This document shows, one piece after another, positions 62,908 through 64,000 of a stretch of 64,000 nt of DNA (position 1 is the first letter of the stretch; every line of letters begins with the position of its first letter). Source of the stretch: Candidatus Bathyarchaeota archaeon (GTDB taxonomy: Archaea > Thermoproteota > Bathyarchaeia > Bathyarchaeales > Bathycorpusculaceae); the NCBI GenBank assembly GCA_963767735.1, contig CAVYES010000002.1, forward strand, positions 64,001-128,000, written 5' to 3'. A model generated the notes under the pieces. The model was not told the DNA's origin and did not search any database. It saw only the letters and a program-made list of their open reading frames with translations. The translations under genes were made by a program, and so were the position numbers.

Positions 62908-63702
62908 TTACCCAGAGTTCTTGGACTGCAATAATGTCTGCAGGGTTTTATGGCATTTGCTGCATTCGAACATTGAGTTCCCGCATGAAGGACAAAATAA
63001 TTCTTGCTTAAGCATTTGCTCCAAAAGCGTCAATAATTCCGCTTTATTGTTGACCGCAAGGGGGCTCTCTTGCTTTAGAGCAGGTTGCTCAGCAGTTTCG
63101 TTTTTTGTTTGCGTGTTTTCGCTTGATGCAATTTCTTGGTAAACTTTGGCAATGCTTGCCTTTCCTTCACGTAGCCTCTGCTTATCGTCTTCACTTGCTT
63201 TTTCCAGTATTTTTTTTCCTCTTTCAAAGGTTCGGGTTGAAACGCCTGCTTTCTTGGCTACTATTTCTGTTGCTTTAGCTTTAAACTCGTGCTCCGCGTC
63301 ATCTGGCGCTAACCCTAACTGCTGGTTTCGCCCGTTTTTGCCTCCCTTAGATTGCCTTTTCTTTGCGAGCGCTTTTTCAATCTCAAGCAACGGCACTGCT
63401 AACTCTACGAGTTGAAAATTGTTCAGGTGACGACGCCTAAGATTTGCTTCTATCACGAATTTTTTTTCTAAGAGTTTATCTTCAAACTTGCGCACTTCAA
63501 AATCTGGTTCAATGCCAAGTTCGGTGCATGCGCGGTACCTGTGGTGTCCATCTAAAACTTCCAGGTCCTCGTTTACTATTATCGGGTAATGCTGTCCTTC
63601 AGCTTGTATTGATGCTTTGAGCTCCGAGAATTCTTCCTCTGACATTTTGGGCAGCAGTTTTTCGTATTCAGGGTTTAATCGTAAGCTCATGTGCATCGCC
63701 AT
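62908..63702 (-). CDS. ParB/Srx N-terminal domain protein with HTH and C-terminal Cys4 motif
   Basis: LKASI..EGQHYPI, VLDGHHRYRAC, ANLRRRHL, VAKKAGVSTRT HTH, CPSC...CSKC. Confidence 0.88.
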   Translation of the reverse strand: MAMHMSLRLNPEYEKLLPKMSEEEFSELKASIQAEGQHYPIIVNEDLEVLDGHHRYRACTELGIEPDFEVRKFEDKLLEKKFVIEANLRRRHLNNFQLVELAVPLLEIEKALAKKRQSKGGKNGRNQQLGLAPDDAEHEFKAKATEIVAKKAGVSTRTFERGKKILEKASEDDKQRLREGKASIAKVYQEIASSENTQTKNETAEQPALKQESPLAVNNKAELLTLLEQMLKQELFCPSCGNSMFECSKCHKTLQTLLQSKNSG

Positions 63703-64000
63703 TGTTTGAGCTATCTTTTGGTTGAATTATTATATAAGGTGAAGGGTTAAGCCTGCGGCAGGCGGGGGAGGCTACTTTTGGCTGATGAAAATAGGTCTAA
63801 AAAGAGGACGGATAGGTACGGGGCATGTAGCCGAAATACGATAATTTTATTAAATAGCATCGCCTAAATTGTATCAAACTAATAATATATTAAAAATCTC
63901 ATCATTGCGAGAAACACTCGCTTTAATGTGATTTACATAATCAAATAAATTTACAAATAGGAAGTGCATATTTACGGGAACATCCCAAACATTTACGATA

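Overview
Archaeal chromosomal segment, most consistent with a TACK-lineage archaeon and probably Bathyarchaeia. This is an inference from the aIF-1A/RIO1/KH and aIF-2beta/DUF424 clusters, DGGGP synthase, an ESCRT-III/Snf7 gene, and two ~1000-aa HTPxWQIPTY beta-propeller surface paralogs. From left to right the window holds: an ABC-2 exporter operon; a PfkB kinase; a ~12-kb type IV pilus-like locus (peptidase, giant adhesin, four further pilin-like genes, TadC/ArlJ-type platform, ATPase); housekeeping and redox genes; two paralogous surface beta-propeller genes around two Lrp regulators; a MocA-XdhC-CoxLSM-like molybdoenzyme module bracketed by a 41-bp bipartite direct repeat; translation and isoprenoid genes; cytochrome bd (cydAB) with an adjacent long-chain-type prenyl synthase; and a ParB-domain gene. 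I recognised no tRNA, rRNA, CRISPR array, transposase or integrase. About ten frameshifts split otherwise intact genes, mostly in the first 15 kb, and may be assembly errors. The most unusual signals are the repeat-bracketed Mo module, a domain nested inside a copy of itself in the adhesin, leaderless pilin-like proteins, an exactly 10-bp-phased intergenic array, conserved structured 5' leaders on the propeller paralogs, and a candidate C/D-box sRNA. All family assignments come from motif recognition by eye, not from database searches.
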